Translations under genes and position numbers: made by a program
From: Fimbriosthenelais zetlandica
Lineage: Eukaryota
Assembly (NCBI GenBank): GCA_977030845.1
Contig: OZ365114.1
Coordinates: forward strand, 22,196,001-22,260,000
Length of the DNA: 64,000 bases
Direction: 5' to 3'
The notes under the pieces: model-generated
Database searches by the model: none
The model's input: only the letters and a program-made list of their open reading frames with translations
Told to the model about the DNA's origin: nothing
In this document: in pieces, positions 1-13,026 of the stretch
Layout of the letters: each line of letters begins with the position of its first letter
How positions within the stretch are numbered: the stretch's first letter is position 1

Positions 1-500
1 ACAGGTCTATCAATCATGTCCAATCATTCTACATTGTACATAATTGTATCAGCATAAAATTGTTACCCATTACAAATAATGTCATCTATTCTTTATAATA
101 GCAAGTTTTAGCATTTGATGGCCGACTGCAGACAAATTGTCAGGGAGTATACATGACTCCCCTCCCAATCTACAGTGGTGGGCAGAGCTCTCCTGGCTTA
201 AGGTGGCAAATGTCTATAATTCAACCAGTTCATTCACTGATAAACCCAGCGAACCCAGTGAGAACTTGAAATGGATTTTCAAATCAGTTTCACGGGCAAG
301 GCAACCATTGGCCGCTATCTCCTTAAATGCGTAGTAGCAGACAAGAAGGCATAATGGATGACAATTACTGACCCCCAGCACTATTCCGGCCATCCTTCAA
401 CCTTCAATTATCTGTTTGACATTATTTCATGGCAAATATTGAGCCCAATGGCAACAAGGTCTCAGGGGTTTTAACCATAGTTAATATTGTGTTGTGTTGG

Positions 501-3500
501 TCAATTTTCAGGACTCTAAAAGTATTCTTATGAAGGGATTTATTGGTCAATTTCAAGGGATTCTGGAAATGTTTAAATTTTTCCCAGCCAGTTTAAATTG
601 GAAGTTTGAAATAGGAGATTACCTTAGAGAGGACAGGGCGTCGAGGCAGGGGATGCTTGCGGGATGTAAAATCCTTCAGCATGCATACCACAACCATCTA
701 AACAAACACTACATAATCTGATAAACCGCCCATTCCACAGACATGTTTGTGGGATGGCGAGAGAGCAGGCGATGCTGGGAGGAGCAGGAGGTGGGGTAGT
801 GGTGGGGCTGGGGGCACCTGCCCCCAGGGGAATGACTGCAGGAGCCTGTCACTGAAGGGAGGGGGCATGGATGGATCCTGCCATCACAGGACCATGTCCT
901 CCAATGTCCTTAAAACGCTGGTAAATTTGAGGGAAATAATTGATACCAATCTGGCCACTGTGGAGGGAGGATTTATCCTCTATACATCCCCCTATTATAT
1001 AGATTTGTAGGCCGACATGCGTGTGAATCCATACAGATCTACGGGGCATGTCTTTATCGAACCAGTCTGATATTATACACCTACTGCCCCAAGATGATAC
1101 GATGCCAATCAATGGAAAATATCACCCTGATATATGGGAGACAGACAGACCAATAGCAAATAGAGGCAAGCTAGAGAGAAGCTGCTCAAACAATGGAGGA
1201 AAGCTAATCCTTCTAATGAAGACGTTGATGTTAAATACAGGGGAAGAAAGGAGGGGATAATAAGATTAAAAGGAATGGGCATGAGGTAATTGGCGGTGTA
1301 TATTATGACAGGTTTATCAGCTTTCATCACAACCTGATACTCCATCTTCTCATAGTAAGTACGTATAGTACTCAACATTTGCTCAGAGGGAGCAGCTCCC
1401 AGTATTGTAAGTTTATATGGCTGCGAAAGCCTGCATCCTTTCCTCTCCATCTTCCTGGTAGGATGCCCTCTACTGAAACCCTACTAATGAGCTGAGACAG
1501 CGGAACGTAGATTGTAACACAACAAGGTACCCTCCTGCATATGTAACCAAGTGGTTAAAATACTTCATCCCCCACCCTTCTATACACCTTGAGTAACATC
1601 ACTGTAGACTTTAACTACAGAAAACAGTAGCTCAGGTTAGTGACCTTCTGGGGTTATACTCCATTATCTTGATGGTTATAAATATCAAAGCTTCACACCT
1701 CAACCAACATACCATTATAATGGCCTTCATTATATTGTTCTCCCTGTGGTCAGAGTCAAAATTGAATGCCTATTGAGGGTAATTAGTACAGAAAATTATC
1801 TGTAATGAAGCTTTAGTATTCCTATAATGACCACAGATAGGGTAGGGAGGAGATAGGGAGATGCTAGGCGCACAAATACTGATGTGACCAAAATGGCCCA
1901 TTGAGAACATGGAAAAGCCATCCCAGGTAATTCCATGAAGTCAATCAATATAGGGGAACCCATTATGAGTATATTAATTATGGTATAGACCTAGAGGTTA
2001 CCAGTAGGTTCAGGCAATATTATTTCTCTGCTAAAATTAACATTCAAAATTTCTAGTTTCTTTTCCCCAGGGCCCTCATCAAGAATAGATCTTGATTATT
2101 CCATAAGGAGCGTTTTCTCCCATACTAATATTTTACAGATACTTCCTTCACATCAACTGACTTACTTCTCTTACTTTATTTATCTTACATTTGTTATGCA
2201 CAAACAGGTAGGGATGTAAGAGTGTGACATCCATTATTATACATGCTAAACATGCCCTGGAGAGCTTGATGGTGGCCGAGCAGCCTGGACTATCTATAGG
2301 CTGACACTACTGTATTTGTAAACAATACAAGCAGTGCATCTGCTCTATATATCCCCCACTAAGCCCCTCTAACAGGTGGAAGGACAGCTATATAGAGTTT
2401 AGATGGGATACATGGCCTCCATCCCCCACAATGGTTAAATAATGCTGATGGCTACTTACCAACATAATCCCTCCCCATAGACCATCCCTCATCCCTAAGA
2501 GGATATATACCTCGGAGAGTATTAAATCTGTGGGTTGTATTTTTTTAATCCCACGGATTTCTATCTGTCAATGTACCTTTTAAATCTAGGAATAGTTTAT
2601 GGGGAGGGTTAGGTTAGGTTATAGACTCAAAGGTCCTAAATGTTTTCTATTTAAAAAAGAATAAAGTATCAAATACTGGGACAGGTATACTGCGTTTAGA
2701 ACGTGTGGTGGAATCATTCATGAGAACCAGCATCGTGACATAAAACATGTTGTCCCTATTTTCGTGGGATAAAACAGGCCTTGAATGGCAGGCATCACCA
2801 GGTTTTAATGATGTATGTCTGGAGCATACGGTAGTCATTTTAACTAATCATGCACGCCAACATTCAACCCTTCAGTTATCATTGAAATTACGCGTATACA
2901 TCTACTAGTGTCTGCAATACACTATTGTATGCAACACAATGTAATCAATACACATTTGAATATTTTCATGTATATGAACAATATAATATGAATGTTCACT
3001 GAGCACTGGCTTTTGTCCACCTCTCTCAATGCTGGCACATGCAGTGTCCATCCCATGTATTATGTAGTTCACACATAACCAGGAACATTTTGTAAACTTT
3101 CCCTGTGCCTGATGGTCATAATAGTTGAGGGCTATCAATAATATCGACATTATTATCAATACTGCTAAGAAGTGCACATGTAGGTGCAATTAAATTGAAT
3201 TGTCACAATTGAGTAAATATGTGCACCAACCAACAACCAGCCAAGTAGCCAGCATGTATTACATTGGTGAAGGACAAGTCAGACTCTGTACTATTTTAGG
3301 GGGCATTTCCTGGCGGAGTGAATTTGACAAATAAAAGCTTGAAAAACGAGGCAAACTCAATCAATAGAAGGCAAACTCCGGTGGAGCGCGGCTTGATTCC
3401 GTTTTGCATCGTCTCCGCCAGTGTTGATGAATTATAGGCAGGGACCAGAAAATAATCTCCATTCTCTCCCTCCCTCCCCAAACACAATCTAGGTCAAGCT

Positions 3501-5746
3501 AATCAATCGATGAAGCATCTCAACGATCCGGTGGGAAATGGAGACGGTCCCTTGGATGGGAAACCAATCATGGATTCCTTTGATAATATTTCTCATTACA
3601 TTAATATGACCACTGTGAATCCCAGGCTGCTATCAGTTTTCAAATCAGTATTATTTTAAGTGCCTCCGATAGAACTGATAGCTCTGTTGGGAAACTAATT
3701 CAATCAGAGAAGGGCAAAAAAAGTCATGTACATACAATACAGGACTCAGACTGTCTATACACAGAAAGATAATGGTATGGAGAGCGGGATTTTATATTTA
3801 TGCGTGATCAGTAGCGTTGAAAATCTTTTTTAGTGGTGGGAGGGGGTATAGGGGGTGTAGCACTGCCCCCCGACACCTGGGGGCTATCCCTCACCTGGGG
3901 CCCCCTGGCCTATCAATCATAGGGCCTGTTAGAAGAGACCTCCGACCGCTTGACTCAGGTGAGCGCCTCACACTTACTCTTCATATGTAGAGGCGGTAAC
4001 AGACACCCGGGTATCACAAACACCAGAGGCCATCAGTAACTGGAGCCAGGGTGGGGGGGGGGGGGGGGGGGGGTACTGAATCATTTATATGACATATTAT
4101 ACTCTACTGAACCTAAATATGAGACAATACAATCCCCTTCTACGCTCATCATTCTGATTGGGACACATTATATGGAACAGTATATTGATACTTGGAATTT
4201 AAATATCAGATACTGCAATTTGACCATAACTCATATCCAGTTTGGTTATACCTGGTTATACTATATGTAGGCATAGGCCTATCCATGCTTCAGCAGATAT
4301 AGCAATGTTCACATGCAGACGGTTATGGTAGGGAGAGAGAACCGACATACTGCCTAGAGTGCAGAGTGGATATGCCAAATCAAATGAGCAGCCAGGGCTC
4401 AACATTACATGTACCCAAAAGACCAATGAATCAATATTTTCATGGCAGAGGACATCTCAAATAAAATATAGAAAGCACTGTTTCAATCGGTACCGTTCAG
4501 AGATCATGGGCAAGCATCCAACATGGGCAAGCCACATTCAGACAGGCTGCAAATCCAGAGCATGACATGGAACTATTGGTTTTAGTTGTTGACCTATGAT
4601 AAGACGAGCTGCTCTGTCGGCCAGTCAAGTTCGTCTCCTTATACCTGGTCGCCATGGCAACCACATCGAGCCATGACTCTGGCAGCTCACAGTTACCCTT
4701 TTACCTAATACAAAATAAACATTCCTTCTACATCCGTTTTGATGGACTAGCACTAGGTATCTCGGTAATTCCCATATTTCCCCCAAAAATAAAATGTTCT
4801 TCAATGCAATGTACAAACATTAAAGTGCGACTGACCAATTATACACCTGCAACCTAATCTATTTCTATCATGCCAGAAGCAAGGGTAAGCTTATCATAAT
4901 TATGATACATTATATATACCGGTATGTGGCACTAGACATTCTTAAAATATAGACACGTGAGATCACTGGGCTGAAAGTCAAGGTGATTTATATGTACAAG
5001 TACAGGTAAGTTTAGCAATTTCAGTTTTTAATTGCTATCCAACCATTTGCTACCCGCATCAGACAGGAAAGCAAATCAGTTCAAAATAAAAACATTGGGA
5101 TTAAATATTCAGGTGAATTTGAATTTTGAGGATCAGTGGGGATCTAAAGTCTACATCCCTGTGATTTTCTCCGGAGAAGTGGTTGGAAGACAACATGTAT
5201 TTTCTGCATACACTCAGCATTAGTACAGGCGCATAGCATACCGGTAGGCCTATATATAGTCCTTATTGTTTAGCAACAATCCAGCCTGGACTAGATCATC
5301 TCTTTTAATAGAAAGCCCAGTTGTCAAGCTGTACATAGAATAAAGCCTTAATTTAGAAGACTTAGACTACGGTACCGTTAGTACTAAATTAGTAATTAGC
5401 CTTGAGTGTCATGTATTTTTTCTGTATCAACCTTTTACCAAAATACAATTTAGTACCGGTAGCCTAACTAATATTGTACCGGTAGTTATCTAATAGCTAC
5501 CCATTCCAAGCAATAGCATTCGTGTTTTGTAGCTGCTTCATTGCAAAATATCGTGGACATTTTTATCAAAGTACAAATATTAAAATAATAATTGAAAAAC
5601 TGTAGATCAAAATGTCCTATAAGATAATGGCAAAAAAATACAGGAGAATTATTCAGTCAAGTTCATTCATGATAAAATATTGGGAAAAAAAAGTTTTACC
5701 CCAGCATTTGCTGCATTATCTGTGCTGCAAAGTTCATTGTGCTCAT
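501..5746 (-). other. Unidentified multi-exon gene or pseudogene, head-to-head with SMNDC1
   Basis: Several minus-strand segments with AG/GT borders and open frames: 5746-5700 (MSTMNFAAQIMQQML), 4039-3978 (LLMASGVCDTRVSVTASTYE, C22 tract before the acceptor, GTAAGT donor), ~2527-2461 (FNTLRGIYPLRDEGWSMGRDYV, GTAAGT donor), ~1460-1380 (EGILPGRWRGKDAGFRSHINLQYWELL), 851-818 (DRLLQSFPWGQ) and 697-623 (MVVVCMLKDFTSRKHPLPRRPVLSK). Possible stop at 503-501; likely 5'UTR exon donor at 6023. I could not close a full model or recognise the protein. Confidence 0.4.
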
Positions 5747-6023
5747 TGTGACACACTGACAACCTATCTACTTCTTGTGGACCTCTTTATAGGATCAGCT
5801 CTCTCCTGACCCTGACTGACTGACTGGATGCTTGATGTGGGATGTAGTCTGAAAGATGAAGTTCAAAATAGCTTTGTTTTCACTACGATTCTATCACTGA
5901 AACTGCTCTTTACTGCTCACTGAGTGAGTGGCACTATCTAAATTCATCTCATTTTCATAAAAGCAAACATGCAGGAAAACTGGTATCAGGACATAAGCAC
6001 GGAAAATTCCTAAAATAACTTAC

Positions 6024-6381
6024 TTTGTCAGTCTAGAGCTGATGTAATTTTTACGTAAGCGGTATACTCTTCCATGCACGGCGAGTGAATACACTTTGAG
6101 GTGTTTTTGACAAGTTGTGAAGCTCCTCGACTGCATCCAAAACCGGAAGTTAGAATGACTGCGTGCACTGCAGCACCAAATTCATACAGAAAATCCATTG
6201 GATAAAATCATGATTAAAATTTATCTTCAGACATATACATGTATTTCAAAATTACATAAATGCACAAATATTTTCTTATATCGGAAGCTTTCGTATACAG
6301 GTTATATTGTTCATGAAAAAGTATTTATAATAAATATGATTATTCCACAGCAGGACCGCACAAACCGAGAAATCGCTCAAG
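6024..6381. promoter_or_regulatory. Probable bidirectional promoter (SMNDC1 / unknown minus-strand gene)
   Basis: ETS-type ACCGGAAGT near 6142, YY1-type CAAGATGGCGG overlapping the SMNDC1 ATG (6378-6388), CpG-richer than its flanks, minus-strand donor GTAAGT at 6023. Confidence 0.55.
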
Positions 6382-9300
6382 ATGGCGGACAGCTTGCAAC
6401 AACTCGAAGAGTACAAATTACAGCTTCAGCAGGTGATTTTCCATTTATTTATGTCTCTAATGTACTTATCTTGATAACACGGTGGTTCCTGAGAACATGT
6501 GAATCTATATTTTGTACGGCTTAGCCCAGCATTCGGCATAATATCGAGAGAAGTTGACACTGAATATCTGTAGACTGTCACTCATTGACAATGTCCATAG
6601 ACTCATAGTCATAGTCGTAGACGTAGCCTCGCAGACGTTTACAACGTTATAGCACCAGGATGTTTGGGAATGTTTACTTTTTGCCTCCGTGCCCTCAGAC
6701 TAATTGTCACTGTCAGTCGACCAAGTCTCCTTGTTACTGTCGCTATCTGTAGCCTACATAATGATAATATTATATATATGTTTCCTTTGTTCCATTATAG
6801 GTTGAAGCAACACTCACAGTTGACCCTGAAAATGAAGAACTGAAGAAATTAAAAGGGGATCTTTTGGTAAGTGATATTGTTCCTCCGATATCTAAAGGCC
6901 TACATGATTTTAATCAAGCTCTTTTCTGGTATATTTCTTTACCTGACCAACCTGTTACAATGTTTTTATACCTTTTGTGAAATTAATGTTTTTCAGGAAG
7001 TGATACTTCTCACCCAGGATCTCATCAATGCACAGAGTGTGGAGGATGCTGAAGGCGAGGGTCAGGGCACCTCCCAGCCGACAGATGGCACCCTTCCCAT
7101 TCCTTCCTCAAGTTCCCACAGCTGGAAAGTAGGCGATCCGTGCATGGCTCTATATGCGCAGGATGAATTGTGAGTGTCAACAGATCTTCATATAAACAAT
7201 GTTATGAGAAACTCCCTAATGACTCACGAAACTAAATTTCTTGTCATCACTTCGATGTTTGAACTGAAATCTTTTTTTTATTGTCTTGCAGGATGTATCC
7301 AGCCACTATCGAAGAAATCGTATCGGATGGCTCGTGTACAGTTACATTTGAAGGCTACAGCAACACAGAAGTGACACAGGCATGGCACAAACTTTACTCT
7401 TATCCACTTCGAATATATTTAAGTCAGGGCTAATTAAAGTACTCTCTCTGGGAGGGTTATATTAGTTCCTATATGGGAGGTATTTAAGGGAAGAACTGCT
7501 GGCCACCTACTTTAGGACACACGGGCTTTCCTCCACATTTGTCATTTTGCAGATTTATGCTTTTACCACATAATCTAACACCATGTTACGTATGATCTGT
7601 ATTGAGCTTAGGTATTTCATTTTGTCTGAAGGAAATCGTACCCAAGACCGTTAGACGTTCTATTATTGAATGAATCCGGATGTATATCAGTTAAGATATT
7701 CTGATCATATTCTTCTTCGTGTAATATTTTTTCCATCCTGTTTCTAAATTGGATATTCAATTCTTACAAAGACAAAATGGAATGCCTTTTCTTCAAATAT
7801 CACATAAAATAAGATATTATGTTAATGGTATTAAAGCCGAGCAGTTTGTCGTTGTGGGGACTCATTGAGATGAAGAAGAGAGAGTACTAGGGTAGCTGCC
7901 TATAGACGGGAACAGAGTAAAGGCTCCTATGGTCTTGTTTTCAGACATATGTTCTTGAGAAGCTGTCGTGGCGAGTTGGATTACCCGTCACGTGACCCGC
8001 CAGTGGCCATCGCCTCATGCTTTTGTAAAATATTCACAATTCAATTGCTAGATAGAAATGGCCCTAATATACATCAGGATCCAATATGAAGCAGTCACAC
8101 TTTAAAGGTCTGAACTGAATGGGATTCCCTTGAAACAAACATTCCCATTTTACTTACCCATTTTTAGTCTTATTCCTCCAAAATATGAATATAAAACTAC
8201 ACACTCAATTTAGATTAAAATAGCTGTAATTGGCAGCATGCTTCATATAATAGATACCGAAACAAGTTAAGCAGTCTTACTAAAGGGTAGATTGTGAATA
8301 TAATGGTTGCTTTGAATGTAATACCTGTGTGGTGTTATTGAGCTTGGTTGAAGTATGGTAAGGTCTCTGTGTTGTAGGACCTGGCACAGACCGACTAGGC
8401 TAAGTTAACTACAAGGATACATGGCGCCATCTGGGGTAAGAGAGTTCGCGCCAACCTGTGAAACCAATTACTTAACAGGATTAGATTCTATCTCGCTAAA
8501 AAATATTGATCCATGGAGAAAAAAAATACATAACATAAGCCAATCTGTTCATTCAAGGTTTGTAGGTTTTCTTCTATGTTAAGACATGGTTGTCTCTGCA
8601 GGGGTTGAAAGTTTTAGTTCCATTACGAGCCTTCTTGGAACTAGAGATCCATTGTCTTAAAAAATAATATAATTTAGCCTATCCTCCTTTTCCACACATA
8701 CGAAAATGTGTATAAATGTCAGGAGTAGTGTACCCTCCCTCATTTTCTGACCCTAGTTTCCTGGATTTTCTCCCCTTATATTTTCTACCTATTTTATTGC
8801 CTCTTGGACGTTTTGTAATAAAGTTATGCTCTTGCAGGTTTCACTCCTGAAACCACGGGACGAATCCAGTGCGCCAGGAGACGCCTCAGGCTTTAAAGCT
8901 AAAACCAAGTAAGTATAAACAAAACTCCTAACTATTTACTATTTACCTAAAGGTTTGGATGCGTTACTCAAGTTCTCATAATTTCTCTTTTCAAGGAAGG
9001 ACCTGCTACTAGCACAAAGGGAGTATAAACGGAAGAAGAGCCAAAAGAAAGCCCAACGGATGAAAGTGCTGGAGGAGGAGAGAGAAACCGAGAAGAACAA
9101 ATGGCTAGATTTTAACTCCAAGGTAAATCATTAATTCACTCCTCACATACATTTATTTTCGATAGGACTTAATTCATTTCTGATAGGACTTGTTGTCTCT
9201 GACCACATGTTTCCAGGAGGTCCCTCATTACTTTAACTTATTTTTCCAGACATTTTCCAAGACAAATAAAGGTAAAGTGAAGCGGAGTATATTTGCGACG

Positions 9301-9399
9301 CCTGATGCGGTCAATGGGCGTGTCGGAGTAGGAACATGTGGTATTGGCGGGAAACCCATGACAAGTTATACACATCAGGAGAAATGGACCAAGAAGTGA
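6382..9399 (+). CDS. SMNDC1: Survival of motor neuron-related splicing factor 30 (SPF30), Tudor domain
   Basis: 7 exons: 6382-6432, 6801-6866, 6997-7169, 7292-7379, 8838-8908, 8996-9122, 9250-9399 (726 nt, 241 aa). MADSLQQLEEYKLQLQQVEATL, Tudor WKVGDPCMALY...YPATIEEI...VTFEGYSNTE, C-terminal KRSIFATPDAVNGRVGVGTCG match SMNDC1. Intron 4 is GC-AG. Confidence 0.96.
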
Positions 9400-12300
9400 A
9401 AGCAGTGTTCATCTACTTTATATTGTATATATTTTGTATAGTATGAGTCGTATAAATTCACCTAAATGTTCTGTGAACAATAGGGATGTTATAGGCGTGT
9501 ATGTGCGGGTATGTCATCTGTGAACTTCATTGGAAGATTTCAAAATCAAAGTAATATCCACATGAACAAAAATCTCATTAACTTGAGTGGCTACTGGTCA
9601 TTTATCATGGAAAGAGCCAATGGGTTTGCTAATTTGTACATTTATTTAAAAAATAATGTTTCCGCATCTAAATGGAGATAATCGATGCCATAGATTTTTA
9701 TATTTCATGCGATTTATTGATTTGTAGTCATTTTACCCTTCTGGAAGTTGTACCAATAAAAATTATAAGAAATTTAATCGTATCCATTATTTTGAACATT
9801 TCATGAAGGAAATTGATACAAAAAATAATTCAATTTTCATCCTTTTATTCCGGGATCTTCCCTTACAGTATACATCGCTTCCATTTTTAAAAACATGACT
9901 CGTAGAACATTTGAAAAACTACTGCTCGACAGGTCCCAGTCTGACATTCAGAATATTCACACCACCTTTCCTGAGAGGTCCCCAGTTTATGTTTTCTTTT
10001 CCTATCTCTTATTTACAAGTAGCTGTGCAAGGATAAATGTTCCTGGTGGATGGGTAGGGGAAACTCCCAACATTTCAAGACCAAAACTCCCACTTCCTCA
10101 GTCTCGAGGAAGGATCGAACAAACACACCAAATAGAACTTACAAAATGTTTTATACTCATCTCACATTTCCTCACATCGATGAGGCTTCTCAAAAACACC
10201 TACTACGGTCTTTAGTACTATAATATTGATCTCGAATAATTTTAAGTCAATCACAGGATTTTTCTAGTCACCAAGACGATGGACATCCATCGTTTGATTA
10301 TCCCATGGTGGATAACAAGCCGGGATTTTCCACGAGGCAAGACATACTAATCAGTTATTTCTAGATTTCTTTCTCCTTGCATAAACGTGTTGAGATGTGT
10401 TTAAAACGCGGGCTACTGTTCAGAAAGTATCAGCGCATCATCAGGTCATATTTTTCCTATACCTTCTTCCCTCAGTATTTCTAAATGACAGCGGTTTGAA
10501 AAGACCACATCGTGGATTGTCCTGTTACAGTGTATCGCCCAGTGTATCTGTAGGAAATCACAGACGCTGGTTCAACATTTTCTCACTGAATCGCTGGTCA
10601 TCGAACCCAGAACCTAACCTTGCACACATGCCATCTCCACTTGTTTATTATAGGGAATACCGGCTGTAATGAAAGCAAGACTCTACCCTCGCCCATCGCC
10701 AACCAGTCAAAGCACATCCACGTTATTCCTTATCGTTTTGTACCCTGCATTTTACTAATCAATAATCAAACAATTATCACCAATGAAAAGCAGGGAATAC
10801 GTATAGTTTCTGAACAATTAGATGGATTTTTAATATACTTTTGCCCACTTTGGCTGGCAACTGGTGTAAATCATTATAAAGAACTGGGCAGAGGATTGTA
10901 TTGTTTCTAGCCGATGACAATATGGCGATAGCTGGATATCAGTACTTGCCTGTGGGGACGACAACAAGGGATCGCGATATACAAAGGCGGATGCTTCCAA
11001 GAGAAAAATTTAATCTTATTCCATTATTAAACCTTGGCAGGATTTCAGAACGCAAGAACCGAAATAACACCAGAAACATTGGTTGTACTCCGAAAAATAA
11101 CCTCTAACTATTTTTATACAGACTTGCTGGGAAAAGGGACCCAAGAAAGTTACATATTAATTAAGGATCCTAGTCCTAGAACCTTTTCTTTTGTGATTAT
11201 ATGAGGACAAAATGAAACAGAACAGGAAAAGTCCCGCAGATGGTGCTGGGGCTTGACTGTGGGTGGCACTGGATCACAGTTATCTTATAATTACATGTAT
11301 CAAAGTGCCTCCCCGAGCGCACAACACAATATTAATGTAACACTCTTTTTGAGTGTGCTAATAGTTCACTTTCTTCCCCTCTCTACCACAAGTACACACA
11401 TACGAGGCTCACAAGCCAATGCTGGTTCTTCAAAATTAAACTCAACTTCTTTAGCTTACGTCTACATCGAAGCTTAATCATCATCGTGGGATGGATTTAA
11501 TGAAAATTTATTAAAATTTCATCCCCTTTACTGAAGAAACTAAGAAAGAAACCCTCTAAAAAGAAACATTTAATCTTGGGCCAGATGTACAGGAAGTTTC
11601 GTTTGTGGTATGTTCAACGTTCGCAACTCAATTTCTGGCGAACTAATTGAATTTAATTCATTTAAATTAAATGGAAAAGTAATTGAAGTAATAACACTTT
11701 GTAAAATAGGTGATTCTACAGATGAAGCTCGTGTTCAAATTTCTATATAAAGGAGGCTTGCTGATGAAAAAATCATAAAGAATGCTGTAATGGAGTAATG
11801 AACAGCAAGCCATGAGCACTGGAGGAGGCTCTCCCCCGAGTGACGCATTCCAAGCCACTGGCGCACCAAAACATCGACAAATATTGAGATGCAAATACAC
11901 GGTCTACAGAATTCTGTACAATAGATATAATAATATATTTATATATATATATTTATATGAGCATAGGCCTAGGGCATAGGCATCCCTACCATTGTTAGGG
12001 TAAAACTCATTCTTACACAAGTCATTTAATAAAGTACATTTAACCTCACCATATAACCTCACCTTGCTTATCTTTTATTACCTACTCCTTACCACTTGGT
12101 GAATGAACGTGTAGACCCGAATCAATGAAAATTAACTTATAAAGAAAATATTAAACTAGAAACAAAGGAACATCTTAAAGACCTAGGAAAAAATAGTCGT
12201 TTTTCTGGTCATATGCTACTCGTTCTAATACCTTCTTCATGTCCCACTTTGTGGTTTTCTCCAGGAAAATGTCCAGCAAGTTCGGATCTATTTTTTCATA

Positions 12301-13026
12301 GATTTAACAGGTTACATATTTAACAAACAAGTCCGTGGCCATTTCGTTTTTTTTATATAAAATCTGTGTCATGTTTTCAGTTTTCAAACCTATTTTGTGT
12401 CAGAAATTAGTCCATATATTAGTCCAGGATCAAGATTCATCTTTTTCACATTGGCCTATAATGCCAAGTTCGCGTTTTTCCTCTAATTTTCCAGTAATTC
12501 ATATCAGACTAAAGATCCTAAATGTATCTTTACTCCCCAAGTCTTCTACTTGACTCTTAAATCATCTTGTTATCATTATGATAACACCAGTAACGAACGA
12601 ACTGAAACAATAGATTGAAGGTCTCTGAAGTCAGGTAAGATATAGGATGGTGTGAGAGCTCAGGATTGAGGGAGATCAGAGAGAAGAGATCCATCCTCCA
12701 GCTCTCCGTCTCTAATTCACACTCTCCTTCAGTAATGTTCATGCCAATTTTCCATAGACACAGTTCCATAGAGTTTCCTTGTTTTCTTGGTCATATGATT
12801 CAGAAGAATAAATTGGGCGAAAGTTCAATTTTTTTCCATCAGCCTATTCTCTCTTCCTCACTCAAACACAAGTATTTTTTGTACATATATTAATATACAT
12901 AGGCTAGAGGGAGAGAGAGATGGAGAGGTCGGTATAGAAGAGCGGCTGTGTTGGGGTGACATCCACTTCTTCATGCAATCTGCAACATGCAAATCCTCCA
13001 AAGCCATGGAACAAAGAGCGCTAGAC

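Noticed and set aside
890-892. In-frame TGA upstream of DRLLQSFPWGQ as possible selenocysteine (approximate position)
   Set aside because: A strong splice acceptor at 852-854 places the TGA in an intron; no SECIS recognised.
6198-6524. 108-aa ORF across the SMNDC1 start
   Set aside because: Different frame from the SMNDC1 exon, begins at TTG, and runs through promoter and intron.
7987-7996. Perfect CLEAR palindrome GTCACGTGAC in SMNDC1 intron 4
   Set aside because: Single site, far from any evident TSS, in a gene with no lysosomal link; can occur by chance.
9400-13026. Many 60-106 aa ORFs between SMNDC1 and CUL3
   Set aside because: No recognisable motifs or coherent splice chain; best explained as 3'UTR/intergenic DNA of two convergent genes.
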